From: an uncultured Pelagibacteraceae bacterium
Lineage (GTDB): Bacteria > Pseudomonadota > Alphaproteobacteria > Pelagibacterales > Pelagibacteraceae
DNA length: 64,000 nucleotides
Reading direction: 5' to 3'
NCBI GenBank assembly: GCA_902570785.1
Contig: CACFZK010000003.1
Location: 14,623 to 78,622, forward strand
The notes beneath the pieces are model-generated. The model searched no databases and was not told the DNA's origin. It saw only the letters and a program-made list of their open reading frames with translations. A program made the position numbers and the translations under genes. This document shows, in pieces, positions 1 through 9,951 of this stretch. Numbering within the stretch: the first letter of the stretch is position 1; every line of letters starts with the position of its first letter.

Positions 1-669
1 ATAGATTGAGTGCTCCAGCATTATTACTTTATTTGATGAAGCTAATGCAATCGCACCTCCAGATCCTCCCTCACCTATTATTATGGAAATATTTGGAACT
101 CTTAAAGACATACAACATTCGATCGAGTTGGCAATGGCTATAGCTTGCCCTCTTTGTTCAGCTCCTATCCCTGGGTATGCACCAGGTGTGTCGATTAAAG
201 AAATAACTGGAATTCCAAATCGATCAGCAAGTTTCATTAATCTAATACATTTTCTGTAACCTTCGGGTCTCATCATTCCAAAATTACTTTCCATTCTACT
301 ATTTAGATCTAAGCCTTTCTCTTGCCCTAAAACCAAAACTGATTTGTTATTAATAAGACCAAAACCGGCTATTATAGATTTGTCGTCAGAAAAAAGTCTG
401 TCCCCTGAAATTAAAGTAAAATCTGAAAATATTTCATTAATATAAAATTTAGCTCTTGGTCTATCCTCGTGTCTTGCAACTAAAGTCTTTTGCCAGCTAT
501 TAAGTTTTGAGTAAGTAGTTTTTAATTTTGAATTAATTTCTTCCTGAATTTTCTCTATTTTTTCAGTATCAACCTGTGATATACCATCTTTATCAAAAGG
601 GTTCTTGGATTTATCCAAATTTTCTTCTAAGAATTTTATTTCTTTTTCAAATTCAAGATAATTTCTCAT
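1..669 (-). CDS. accA: Acetyl-CoA carboxylase carboxyltransferase alpha subunit (C-terminal part cut by window edge)
   Basis: My own reverse-complement translation from the ATG at 667-669 gives MRNYLEFEKEI...SNFGMMRPEGYRKCIRLMKLADRFGIPVISLIDTPGAYPGIGAEQRGQAIAIANS...IIGEGGSGGAIALA. This matches the conserved AccA core. The frame stays open to position 1, so it is absent from the ORF track. Confidence 0.85.
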   Translation of the reverse strand, partial: MRNYLEFEKEIKFLEENLDKSKNPFDKDGISQVDTEKIEKIQEEINSKLKTTYSKLNSWQKTLVARHEDRPRAKFYINEIFSDFTLISGDRLFSDDKSIIAGFGLINNKSVLVLGQEKGLDLNSRMESNFGMMRPEGYRKCIRLMKLADRFGIPVISLIDTPGAYPGIGAEQRGQAIAIANSIECCMSLRVPNISIIIGEGGSGGAIALASSNKVIMLEHSIY

Positions 670-769
670 AAATTTTTATTATTTAAATAATATTATCAAT
701 CTTATTAAATTACAAATGTGTCAATAAATTCTTGCTAAAAAGCTCAATATTTAGTGTATTGTAGATATA

Positions 770-2914
770 ATGAAGAAACTAACCATTAATGATTTAAAGA
801 TAGATGAGAATCTCATTAAATTTATCAATGAAGATGCTATTCCAGGAACTGCCTTAAATAAAGAACATTTCTGGAAAGAATTTAGTAATGTGGTCCATGA
901 GCTGACACCTATAAATAAAAATTTAATTAAAAAAAGAGAAGAGATACAAAAAAAAATTGATGCCTGGCATCTATCTAATAAAGATAGTCTTTTAGATAAA
1001 AAAAAATATACCGAATTCTTAAAATCTATAAACTACATTGTTGAAGAAAAAGATAATTTTAAAATTACTACTTCAGATGTTGATGAGGAAATTTCTTCTA
1101 TAGCAGGACCACAATTGGTTGTGCCTGTTGATAATGCTAGATATGCATTGAATGCTGCAAATGCTAGATGGGGCAGCTTATATGATGCAATTTATGGTAC
1201 TGATGTGATATCTGAGAATAAAGAAAAAACTTGGGATCAGAATAGAGCGATTGAAGTAATAAATTATGTAAGAGATTTTCTTGATAATACAATTTCAATA
1301 GAAAAAACTAGTTGGAAAAATATATCAGAAATTAGAATTCAAGACGAAAATTTAGTTTTTCTGGTAGATGGAAAAAATTATAATCTAAAAAATAAAAAAC
1401 AATTCGCGGGTTTTAACGGTGAAAGAAATGATCCAAAATCTATATTGCTTAAAAATAACAACCTACATATTGATATTATTATCGATAAAAATAGTAAAAT
1501 TGGAAAAACTGATAAAGCAGGAATTTCAGATATCATTATAGAATCAGCAATATCAACTATTGTTGATAATGAAGACTCTGTAGCAGCAGTGGATTCTGTT
1601 GACAAAGTGAAATGTTATAAAAATTGGCTTGGTTTAATGAAAGGAGATTTAAAAACAGAGGTAAATAAAAATGGAAAAACATTTACAAGAAAATTAAATT
1701 CTGACAGAAATTATATAGGGCCAGATGGGTCAAAATTTACTTTGCACGGGAGAGCGTTATTACTTAATAGAAATGTAGGTCATTTAATGACAAATCCTGC
1801 AATAATATTAAAAGATGGATCTGAAATACCTGAAGGTATCATGGATGCTTTCATATCTACTTTGTGTGCTATGCATGACTTTAAATTAAAGAATAATTCA
1901 AGAAAAGAATCTGTATACATAGTTAAACCGAAAATGCATGGCCCTGAAGAAGTCAAGTTTACGAACAATTTGTTTTCAAAAGTTGAGGAAGCTTTGAAAA
2001 TTAAAAAGTATTCAATCAAAGTTGGAATAATGGATGAGGAAAGAAGGACAACTGTAAATTTAAAAGAATGTATAAGAAAAGTTAAGGAAAGAGTTGTTTT
2101 TATAAACACTGGATTTTTAGATAGAACTGGGGACGAAATGCATACGTCCTTTGAGGCTGGTCCAATGATTTTTAAAGGGGATATGAAAAAATCTAAGTGG
2201 TTAAATACTTATGAAGATTGGAATGTAGATATTGGTTTGTCATGTGGTTTTTCTGGAAAGGCCCAAATAGGAAAAGGTATGTGGGCTATGCCAGATAAAA
2301 TGTCAGATATGATGAAACAAAAAATTAATCATCCAAAATCTGGTGCTAATTGTGCTTGGGTGCCATCTCCAACCGCAGCAACACTTCATGCAACTCATTA
2401 CCATTATCTTGATGTTTTTAAAAAACAAGATGAATTAAAGACTAGGGAGAGAGCAAAGTTAGAAAATTTATTGGAAATACCTAAGGCTGACAGACCGAAT
2501 TGGTCTGTAGAAGACATAAATAAAGAGCTTGAAAATAATGTGCAAGGGATTTTGGGTTATGTTGTCAGATGGATTGATCAAGGCGTTGGTTGTTCAAAAG
2601 TACCTGATATTAATAATATCGGCTTAATGGAAGATAGAGCCACTCTTAGAATTTCCTCGCAACATATAGCAAATTGGTTACATCACAATATATGCTCAAA
2701 AGACCAGGTAATAAAGGTACTAAAAAAAATGGCAAAAATTGTAGATGAACAGAATAGTTCCGATAAAAAATATGAGCCTATGTCTTCAAATTTTGAAAAA
2801 TCAAAAGCTTTCTTAACAGCTTGCGATTTAGTTTTTAAGGGCAGAGTTCAACCATCCGGATACACTGAGCCATTGCTACATAAAAGAAGATTAGAAAAAA
2901 AATCTATTCAGTAG
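770..2914 (+). CDS. glcB: Malate synthase G
   Basis: 714-aa ORF. Length and conserved blocks (N-terminal [13 protein letters not shown]-terminal [19 protein letters not shown]) are typical of G-type malate synthase. Confidence 0.9.
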   Translation: MKKLTINDLKIDENLIKFINEDAIPGTALNKEHFWKEFSNVVHELTPINKNLIKKREEIQKKIDAWHLSNKDSLLDKKKYTEFLKSINYIVEEKDNFKITTSDVDEEISSIAGPQLVVPVDNARYALNAANARWGSLYDAIYGTDVISENKEKTWDQNRAIEVINYVRDFLDNTISIEKTSWKNISEIRIQDENLVFLVDGKNYNLKNKKQFAGFNGERNDPKSILLKNNNLHIDIIIDKNSKIGKTDKAGISDIIIESAISTIVDNEDSVAAVDSVDKVKCYKNWLGLMKGDLKTEVNKNGKTFTRKLNSDRNYIGPDGSKFTLHGRALLLNRNVGHLMTNPAIILKDGSEIPEGIMDAFISTLCAMHDFKLKNNSRKESVYIVKPKMHGPEEVKFTNNLFSKVEEALKIKKYSIKVGIMDEERRTTVNLKECIRKVKERVVFINTGFLDRTGDEMHTSFEAGPMIFKGDMKKSKWLNTYEDWNVDIGLSCGFSGKAQIGKGMWAMPDKMSDMMKQKINHPKSGANCAWVPSPTAATLHATHYHYLDVFKKQDELKTRERAKLENLLEIPKADRPNWSVEDINKELENNVQGILGYVVRWIDQGVGCSKVPDINNIGLMEDRATLRISSQHIANWLHHNICSKDQVIKVLKKMAKIVDEQNSSDKKYEPMSSNFEKSKAFLTACDLVFKGRVQPSGYTEPLLHKRRLEKKSIQ

Positions 2915-3512
2915 ATACTGGTACTCTATTTTTAAAAGCAGAAACTAATGTACCATCGTCGAGCTGCTCGATTTCACCTCCAACTGGTAGACCTTGGCCT
3001 AGTTTAGAAATTTTGATTTCACTATTTTTAATTTCATCTTCAATATAATGTGCGGTGGTTTGACCTTCGACTGTTGCGCTTGTTGCAATTATTACCTCTT
3101 TTAGTTTATTTTTTTCTATCCTTTTAAGCAAGGAGTCTATTAATAGATTTTTTTGACCGTTATTGTCGTTATTATTTAGTGTTCCTCCCAAAATATGGAA
3201 ATATCCTTTGAAAATATTAGATGATTCTATCGCCCACATGTCAGCTAAATTTTCTACAACACAAATTTTATCATAACCATTAATATTCTTTTCACATGTG
3301 CACTGTGTATCTTTCATTTTTAAATTTCCACATTCGTTACAACGGACCACATTTTTATAAACACTAGCTAAAGATTTTGCTAATGGTTTGATCATATTTT
3401 CTTTATTTGTAATGAGCTTTAAAATTATTCGCTTTGCTGACTTCGGTCCTAAACCAGGAAGCTTTGAGAACTGCTTAATTAATTCATCTATTTCTTGATT
3501 ATTATTTTCCAT
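2904..3512 (-). CDS. recR: Recombination protein RecR
   Basis: 202 aa with an HhH N-terminus ([12 protein letters not shown]), a Cys4 zinc finger (CNECGN...CTCE) and a Toprim-like C-terminal half. Sits in the canonical dnaX-ybaB-recR order. Confidence 0.92.
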   Translation of the reverse strand: MENNNQEIDELIKQFSKLPGLGPKSAKRIILKLITNKENMIKPLAKSLASVYKNVVRCNECGNLKMKDTQCTCEKNINGYDKICVVENLADMWAIESSNIFKGYFHILGGTLNNNDNNGQKNLLIDSLLKRIEKNKLKEVIIATSATVEGQTTAHYIEDEIKNSEIKISKLGQGLPVGGEIEQLDDGTLVSAFKNRVPVSTE

Positions 3513-3842
3513 TTAAAAAGGCATTTTGAAATCTGGTGGTAAATTTGGTATTCCGGTTACTTTGCTTATTTCTGATGAGGTTTTTTTTTTAAGTTTATCT
3601 TTTGCGTCATTATAAGCAGCAACAATTAAATCATAAATAATTTCTTTTTTTTCATTTTTTGCATTATCGTGAACAAAAATTGACTTCATTTCATAATCTC
3701 CTTTAAGAACTACCTTAACTAATTCACCACCAGATACTCCTTCTACTTCAATTTTTTTCAAATTTTCTTGTACCTCTTTCATTTTTTCTTGAATATTTTT
3801 TGCCTGTGATAACATGTCTGAAAAACTACTCATTTGTTTCAC
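3513..3842 (-). CDS. ybaB: Nucleoid-associated protein YbaB/EbfC
   Basis: 109 aa, lying between dnaX and recR as in most bacteria. Has the typical coiled N-terminus and the GGxxV...G block. Confidence 0.85.
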   Translation of the reverse strand: MKQMSSFSDMLSQAKNIQEKMKEVQENLKKIEVEGVSGGELVKVVLKGDYEMKSIFVHDNAKNEKKEIIYDLIVAAYNDAKDKLKKKTSSEISKVTGIPNLPPDFKMPF

Positions 3843-5493
3843 TCACATCAATTAATTCAGAATCTGGAAAGAATTTTAAAACTTCTTTATAAACTTCACT
3901 ATTTTTTTCATTTTCTAATTTATTTTGTTTTTTTTCAATTTTTTGTTCGTGAAGAGTCTTGAGATTATTATCTTTACTTAAACTTATAATCCATCTCTTA
4001 CCTGTCCATTCGTGTAAGCAATGTGACAATTTTTTAATAAAATTTTTGTTCAAATTTTCATTAAAGCTTATTTCAATTTTTCCCTGCTCAAATTTAGATA
4101 ATTTTACATTTCTTTCTAAATCAAATTTAAGTTCCATTTCCTTATTATTTTCTGCTAATTCTATAAGACTTGAAAAAGACCTAATCTCAAAATTTTTTTG
4201 ATCTTCTAATTCATTTTTGTTTTGCTTTTTTATTTGATCAGTATTTTTCATCTGCTCTTTTACAAAATCATCAGGTTTGGGTTCTTCTGTCTTTTCGAGA
4301 TTTTCTTTGCCTTTTAAATTTGAAATTTCGTTTTGCTTAACAATAGAGATTTTTTCATCATTATATTCCTCAAAACTTTTAATATGAACAAGTTGCATCA
4401 CAAACATTTTGAGAGCTACATCCTCGTTTGAAACAATTTTTAAATCCTCAATAGTCTTTAGAGATAGTTGCCAAAACAGACCAAGATCTTGCATATTCAA
4501 ATTTTTTGATATTTTATCAATTAATTTTGTTTCACCTTCCGAAAGAAATAAATCTTTTTCAATAGGCCCAAGGTTTATTCTTCTTCCAAATAAATAAAGC
4601 AGTTCTAAAAAATCGTTCAAAAAGTTTTTTGCGTCTAGTCCGCCATCACTCAAATCTTTTAGCTGCTCCAATGCCCCTTTTTCATTTCCATCAAAAATAT
4701 AGGTAATTAAATTTATTATTTTAGATTTATCAGCTATTCCGAGCATTTTCCTAACGTCCACTTCTTGAATGGTCTTATTCTCGTCTAGTGTTTGAAAAAT
4801 TAATGCTCTATCTAATAATGATACAGCATCTCTAACTGAACCCTCAGAAGCTCTTGCTAATAATTTTAAAGCATCATCAGATATTTTTCCTTTTTCAATA
4901 TCTGATATTTTTTTTAAATGTTGAAATATTTGTTCTAAATTTACTCTTCTAAGATCAAATCTTTGGCAACGAGATAAGATTGTAACTGGTATTTTTCGGG
5001 CTTCAGTAGTAGCAAGGATAAATTTCAATTTTTCCGGTGGTTCTTCCAGAGTCTTCAAAAGACCGTTAAAGGCCTGCTTGGATAACATGTGAACCTCATC
5101 TATAATAAATATTTTAAATTTTGCACTTGTAGGATTATACTTTGCATTTTCAATCAGCTCTCTTACATCGTCTATTCCAGTTTTAGATGCTGCATCCATC
5201 TCAAGAACATCAATGTGATTAGAATTTTCAATTTCTCGACAGTGGCAAGTTTCTTTTTCACCACACATATCTCCTTTCTCAAAATCTTTAGTACAATTCA
5301 GTGCCTTTGCAATCAATCTAGCAGTCGTTGTTTTTCCCACGCCTCTAATTCCGGTTAAAAGATAGGCATTAGGCGTTTTGTTTATTTTTATTGCGTTAGA
5401 AATTGTTTGTGCGATTATTTCTTGGCCAATTAAATCTTTAAAAATCCTTGGCCGATATTTTAATGCTAAAATTTTTGAATTATTTTTTTCCAT
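3826..5493 (-). CDS. dnaX: DNA polymerase III subunit tau/gamma
   Basis: 555 aa with Walker A GIRGVGKTT, a Cys-rich zinc module (CTKD..C..C.C), DEVHML and the SRC motif (SRCQRF). ffs lies upstream. Confidence 0.92.
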   Translation of the reverse strand: MEKNNSKILALKYRPRIFKDLIGQEIIAQTISNAIKINKTPNAYLLTGIRGVGKTTTARLIAKALNCTKDFEKGDMCGEKETCHCREIENSNHIDVLEMDAASKTGIDDVRELIENAKYNPTSAKFKIFIIDEVHMLSKQAFNGLLKTLEEPPEKLKFILATTEARKIPVTILSRCQRFDLRRVNLEQIFQHLKKISDIEKGKISDDALKLLARASEGSVRDAVSLLDRALIFQTLDENKTIQEVDVRKMLGIADKSKIINLITYIFDGNEKGALEQLKDLSDGGLDAKNFLNDFLELLYLFGRRINLGPIEKDLFLSEGETKLIDKISKNLNMQDLGLFWQLSLKTIEDLKIVSNEDVALKMFVMQLVHIKSFEEYNDEKISIVKQNEISNLKGKENLEKTEEPKPDDFVKEQMKNTDQIKKQNKNELEDQKNFEIRSFSSLIELAENNKEMELKFDLERNVKLSKFEQGKIEISFNENLNKNFIKKLSHCLHEWTGKRWIISLSKDNNLKTLHEQKIEKKQNKLENEKNSEVYKEVLKFFPDSELIDVSETNE

Positions 5494-5497
5494 ATAA

Positions 5498-5586
5498 GGA
5501 GACCAAACAACCCGCTTTTAAAAGTTCGTGCTGCTGTTGTTACACCCTGACACGTTAAACGTATCAAAACCGCCTGAATGGCCCCC
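5498..5586 (-). ncRNA. ffs: Signal recognition particle RNA (small bacterial 4.5S type)
   Basis: Minus-strand read: GGGGGCCAUUCAGGCGG...GUGUCAGGGUGUAACAACAGCAGCACG...UUGUUUGGUCUCC. The conserved helix-8 strands GUCAGG and AGCAGC align without gaps to E. coli 4.5S. The 5' GGGGGCC pairs with the 3' GGUCUCC. Position directly upstream of dnaX is classical. The apical loop is not the canonical GGAA. Confidence 0.75.
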
Positions 5587-5644
5587 AATTTATTATATCA
5601 ATATAAAATTGAATTCTACAAGTGTGTAATCATTAATTTGTGGA

Positions 5645-6490
5645 CTATTTTTTTTGTCTAAATTTAGAGGCTTCATAAACTCCAAGAATATCCAAGCTTT
5701 CAGTATGAAAACCCAGTTCCTCAAGAGCTTTTTGAACTTTTGTATCTTCGATGTGACCTTCTAGATCTAAGTAAAAATTTGTTTGGTCGAATGTGTTTTT
5801 AACTGAGAAACTTTCAAGTTTTGTCATATTTACTTGATTAGTAGCGAATCCGCCAAGACATTTGTAAAGTGCTGCTGGAATACTTTTTAACCTAAAAATA
5901 CAGCTAGTAATATATTTTTTATTTTTTTCAAAAGATGGTTGCTCAACACTTTTCCCCATTATAATAAATCTTGTAACATTATTAGTTTCATCCTCAATAT
6001 TTTTTAGAAGTACTTTAAGATTATAAATTTTTGCTGAAAGAACTGAAGCGATTGCTGCAATTGAATTATCTTTTCCACTAGATAATTCTTTTGCTGATCC
6101 AGCAGTATCTGCTGAAATAATAGTCTTAAATTTATGCTTTTGAATTATTTTTTGACACTGATCTATAGCTTGAGCATGACTTCTAACATATTTAATATCT
6201 TTAATTTCAGTATTTTCTTTAACTAAAAGATTGTGTTCAACCTTCTGATAATGTTCAGCATAAATCTGTAATTTATATTTAGGTAATAAATAATGAATAT
6301 CAGCTACTCTACCTGCTAAAGAATTTTCTATAGGAATAACTATTCTATAACTATCGTCTTGATGAGCAATTTTAAATGTTTCTTCAAAAGTTGGACAAGT
6401 TTTTATATCTGCTCCTGGGAAAAGTGCTTCACACGCTATATGTGAGTAAGCACCCATTTCACCTTGAAAAGCCACTTTGGTCTTAGACAT
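5645..6490 (-). CDS. pheA: Prephenate dehydratase
   Basis: 281 aa. PDT domain N-terminus (VAFQGEMGAYSH) plus a C-terminal ACT-like region. Confidence 0.85.
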   Translation of the reverse strand: MSKTKVAFQGEMGAYSHIACEALFPGADIKTCPTFEETFKIAHQDDSYRIVIPIENSLAGRVADIHYLLPKYKLQIYAEHYQKVEHNLLVKENTEIKDIKYVRSHAQAIDQCQKIIQKHKFKTIISADTAGSAKELSSGKDNSIAAIASVLSAKIYNLKVLLKNIEDETNNVTRFIIMGKSVEQPSFEKNKKYITSCIFRLKSIPAALYKCLGGFATNQVNMTKLESFSVKNTFDQTNFYLDLEGHIEDTKVQKALEELGFHTESLDILGVYEASKFRQKK

Positions 6491-7226
6491 TTTTTTTCTC
6501 CATAAGATTTTTAATCTCTTCTAAGTCGTCTTGTGTGTCAACACTTAGTGGGTCTGAATCTGTATAAAGTACGTCAATTTTCATATTATTTTCAAGAGCT
6601 CTCATCTGCTCGAGATTTCTTCTTAATTCCAAATTACTTCTTTTTAAATTAATATATTTATTTAATGCATTTTTGGTAAAACCGTAAATTCCAATATGGT
6701 GATAAAAGAATAATTTTTCATCTGATACTGGATCTCTTTCAAAATCAGTCGCCTTGGAAACCCCGGAGACCTTAATGTTTTCTTTTGTTATCACTTTTAC
6801 GATATTTTTATTTTTATTCTCACTTTCATTTTTAATACTTGAAGCTAGTGTTGCCATATCACATGAGCCTTTCTCTAGATGTTCATTTAATTTTATAATT
6901 GCAGAAGGTTTTAAGCTTGGCATATCTCCTTGTAAATTTATAATTATGTTTGGTTTTTCAGAGAAAAAATTTTTATAAGCTTCAAAAACTCTATCCGTTC
7001 CTGTCTCATGATTTTGTAAAGACAAAAAAGCATCATAATTATTTTTTTTAATTAGCTGAAAAATATCTTTATCGGGAGTAGCCACTAATACTTTGCCAAC
7101 ATCTGATTTTTTTGCTAAATCACATACATGAAGAATCATTTCTTTTTTATTAATTAATTTTAAGGGTTTATTAGGAAGTCTTTTAGCTTTTAAACGTGAA
7201 GGTATTATTACAACTGTATTACTCAT
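6483..7226 (-). CDS. kdsB: 3-deoxy-manno-octulosonate cytidylyltransferase (CMP-KDO synthetase)
   Basis: 247 aa with an N-terminal IIPSRLKAKRLPNKPL nucleotidyltransferase motif. Has the family-typical length. Confidence 0.88.
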   Translation of the reverse strand: MSNTVVIIPSRLKAKRLPNKPLKLINKKEMILHVCDLAKKSDVGKVLVATPDKDIFQLIKKNNYDAFLSLQNHETGTDRVFEAYKNFFSEKPNIIINLQGDMPSLKPSAIIKLNEHLEKGSCDMATLASSIKNESENKNKNIVKVITKENIKVSGVSKATDFERDPVSDEKLFFYHHIGIYGFTKNALNKYINLKRSNLELRRNLEQMRALENNMKIDVLYTDSDPLSVDTQDDLEEIKNLMEKKNV

Positions 7227-7322
7227 AAATATTTATGCGGCTCAAAGACGCAATATTAACTAAATTACTTTAAGTTTTTTTTGTTAACTCGTGATATATC
7301 TACCATATTAATTATCAAATTT

Positions 7323-7856
7323 ATGAACGGTTTTGAAATAAATAAAATTATTGCAGCACTCATATTCACTGTATTAGTTGTTTTTGGAATAGGAAAAATT
7401 TCTGACATAATTTATAATGTAAAAAAACCATCTCAAGCTGCATATGTCGTCGAAGCTCCAACCGTTGAAACTAAACTATCTACATCTGCTGGGGCTGGAA
7501 GCGTTGACATAAAAGCCTTGCTAGCAATGGGAACATTAGAACATGGCAAAAAAGTATTTAAAAAATGCACTGCATGTCATGTTGTTGCAAAAGGTGGAAA
7601 AAATAAAATTGGACCAGTTCTTTACGGAGTTCTGGGCAGACAATCAGCAGCAATATCAGATTACAAATATTCAAAAGCACTCGTAGCTCACGGAAAAAAA
7701 TGGTCATACGGTGAAATGAATGCTTATCTATTAAAACCTCAGGTTCATATAAAAGGAACTAAGATGGCTTTCGCTGGTTTAAAAAGTGAAAAAGATAGAG
7801 CCTCAGTAATACTTTATATGAATAGTTTTAGCGATAACCCGCTTCCAAACCCTTAA
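7323..7856 (+). CDS. Membrane-anchored c-type cytochrome (CycM-like)
   Basis: One N-terminal TM helix, then a class I cytochrome c domain with heme motif CTACH and a distal Met (GTKMAFAG). I prefer the ATG at 7323 to the TTG at 7281 used by the ORF track. Confidence 0.8.
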   Translation: MNGFEINKIIAALIFTVLVVFGIGKISDIIYNVKKPSQAAYVVEAPTVETKLSTSAGAGSVDIKALLAMGTLEHGKKVFKKCTACHVVAKGGKNKIGPVLYGVLGRQSAAISDYKYSKALVAHGKKWSYGEMNAYLLKPQVHIKGTKMAFAGLKSEKDRASVILYMNSFSDNPLPNP

Positions 7857-7857
7857 T

Positions 7858-8781
7858 CTATTTTATACACCACTCTATAATACTCTTCTGAGCATGAATT
7901 CTATTAAATGCTTGCAACCAAACAACAGATTGTTTTCCATCCATTACTTCACTTGTTACTTCTTCTTCTCTACTAGCAGGAAGGCAGTGCATAAAAATAG
8001 CATCAGATTTTGCAGCTTTCATCAATTTTTTATTCACTTGATATTTTTTTAAAATTTTCTTTTTTTTCTTTTTATCGCCCTTATCTCCCATTGAAATCCA
8101 TTTATCCGTCATTACACAATCTGCGTTAGATGCTGCTTCGAAAATATCTTCTGTAATTAAAAGTTTAGTTTTATTTTTTTTTGCTAGTTTAATCGCATTG
8201 CTATTTGGTTGATATTTTTTTGGGCAAGCAATATTTAGATTAAAGTCAAATTTTGAGGCCGCCTCAATAAAAGAAACAGAGACGTTATTTCCATCACCTA
8301 TCCAAGCTATAGTTTTATTTTTAATATCACCTTTTAATTCTTCAAATGTGAGTATATCTGACATAACTTGGCAAGGATGGCCCTCATTAGTTAGTCCATT
8401 TATAATTGGGATATCCAAATATTTTTTAAACTCATTTACATTTTTGTGTGAGTCTGTTCTGATCATTAAAATATCAGCATATTGAGATAAAACTTTTGCT
8501 GTGTCTTTAATTGTTTCATCTCCCTTCCCATAATGAATCTCATCTTGATTAAGAATTATTGAAGAGCCTCCTAATTGTTTTACGGCAAGATCGAAAGATA
8601 TTCTTGTTCTAGTAGAGGTTTTTTCAAAAATCATAATCATGTTCTTGCCCTGAAGTGGTTGATCATTATCAGGTTGTGAAGCAGATTTTTTTCCTCTTTC
8701 AGATTTTTTTTTCTTTGCACTATCGATGATCGATCTTAATTCATCTTTATTAAGGTCTGAAATATTTATAAAATGATTCAT
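7858..8781 (-). CDS. argF: Ornithine carbamoyltransferase
   Basis: 307 aa with the STRTR carbamoyl-phosphate motif, HPCQ and HCLP motifs. Overlaps argD by 4 nt. Confidence 0.92.
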   Translation of the reverse strand: MNHFINISDLNKDELRSIIDSAKKKKSERGKKSASQPDNDQPLQGKNMIMIFEKTSTRTRISFDLAVKQLGGSSIILNQDEIHYGKGDETIKDTAKVLSQYADILMIRTDSHKNVNEFKKYLDIPIINGLTNEGHPCQVMSDILTFEELKGDIKNKTIAWIGDGNNVSVSFIEAASKFDFNLNIACPKKYQPNSNAIKLAKKNKTKLLITEDIFEAASNADCVMTDKWISMGDKGDKKKKKKILKKYQVNKKLMKAAKSDAIFMHCLPASREEEVTSEVMDGKQSVVWLQAFNRIHAQKSIIEWCIK

Positions 8782-9950
8782 ATACTATCCATTTCATTAC
8801 AAACTTTTCTTATTATTTTAATTGCAATATCTATTTCGTTTTTTTTAACATTCAAAGGCGGCAGGATTCTGACTACGTTTTCACCTGCTCTCATTGTAAG
8901 TAATTTGTTGTCTTCTAATTTTTTAATAAATTTATTTTGATCCTCATGGAGCTGCAGACCAATTAATAATCCTATCCCTCTAACTTCTTTGATAATATTT
9001 GGGTATTCGTTTTTAATGTCATTTAGTTCTTCCATAAAATATTTTGAAGATTTTTGTACATTTGTTAAAAAACCTTTTTTAAAAATTTGATCTAAAACTG
9101 CATTACCAACGCTCATTGCTAAGGGATTTCCTCCAAAAGTACTTCCGTGTGATCCAGGTGTCATACCTTTTGCAACTTTTTTATTCATTAAAACAGCTCC
9201 GATAGGAAAACCTCCGCCAATACCTTTGGCGATTGGCACTATATCTGGTTTAATTTTAGCATATTCAAAGGCAAAAAATTTCCCAGATCTTCCGATACCA
9301 CATTGGACTTCGTCTAAAATTAATAAAATTTTCTTTTTATTACAAAGTTTTCTTAGTTCTCTTAAACACCAGTCTGGAATAACTTTTATTCCTGACTCCC
9401 CCATTGCAGTTTCTACCATTATTGCTGCAGTCTTTTTTGTAATTGATTTTTTAAGGGCTTTGTGGTCACCAAAATTGAAATGATCAAAACCAGGAACTTT
9501 TGGCTCAAATCCCTCAGTCATTTTTTTTGATCCACTTGCAAATATGGTTGCAAGGGTTCTGCCATGAAATGAATTTTTAATACAAAGTATTCTATTTTTT
9601 TGGGGTTTACCGATTTTATAAAAATATCTTCTAGCTGCCTTTATTGCTAGCTCGGTTGCTTCAGCGCCGCTATTTTGAAAAATAACGTAATCAGCAAAGG
9701 TTTTTTGTCTTAATCTTTGAGCTAATTTTTCACCTTCTGGAATTATAAAAGCATTCGAAACATGCCAAACTTTTTTTGATTGTTTATTTATAGCTTTTGT
9801 TAAGTAGCTGTTTGCATGACCAAGAGAATTTACTGCTATTCCTTGAACAAAATCTAAATATTTTTGACCTTTGCTCGAGTATAAAAAACTTCCTTTTCCT
9901 CTACTGAAAGCAATTTTTCTTCTATTATAATTTTTGGCTAATGCACTCAT
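8778..9950 (-). CDS. argD: Acetylornithine aminotransferase (class III PLP aminotransferase)
   Basis: 390 aa with class III aminotransferase blocks (NSGAEATE, DEVQCGIGRSGK, GSTFGGNPLA). Operonic with argF. Confidence 0.88.
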   Translation of the reverse strand: MSALAKNYNRRKIAFSRGKGSFLYSSKGQKYLDFVQGIAVNSLGHANSYLTKAINKQSKKVWHVSNAFIIPEGEKLAQRLRQKTFADYVIFQNSGAEATELAIKAARRYFYKIGKPQKNRILCIKNSFHGRTLATIFASGSKKMTEGFEPKVPGFDHFNFGDHKALKKSITKKTAAIMVETAMGESGIKVIPDWCLRELRKLCNKKKILLILDEVQCGIGRSGKFFAFEYAKIKPDIVPIAKGIGGGFPIGAVLMNKKVAKGMTPGSHGSTFGGNPLAMSVGNAVLDQIFKKGFLTNVQKSSKYFMEELNDIKNEYPNIIKEVRGIGLLIGLQLHEDQNKFIKKLEDNKLLTMRAGENVVRILPPLNVKKNEIDIAIKIIRKVCNEMDSI

Positions 9951-9951
9951 T

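Noticed and set aside
7281-7322. TTG-initiated N-terminal extension of the cytochrome c ORF.
   Set aside because: The in-frame ATG at 7323 gives a normal short cytoplasmic tail plus TM anchor. Nothing supports the 14 extra residues.
8041-8100. Long A/T homopolymer runs encoding the KKKKKK insertion in argF, and similar runs in many other genes, as possible slippage or phase-variation sites.
   Set aside because: They are in frame within conserved full-length genes. Such tracts are everywhere in this composition, and there is no evidence of frame disruption.
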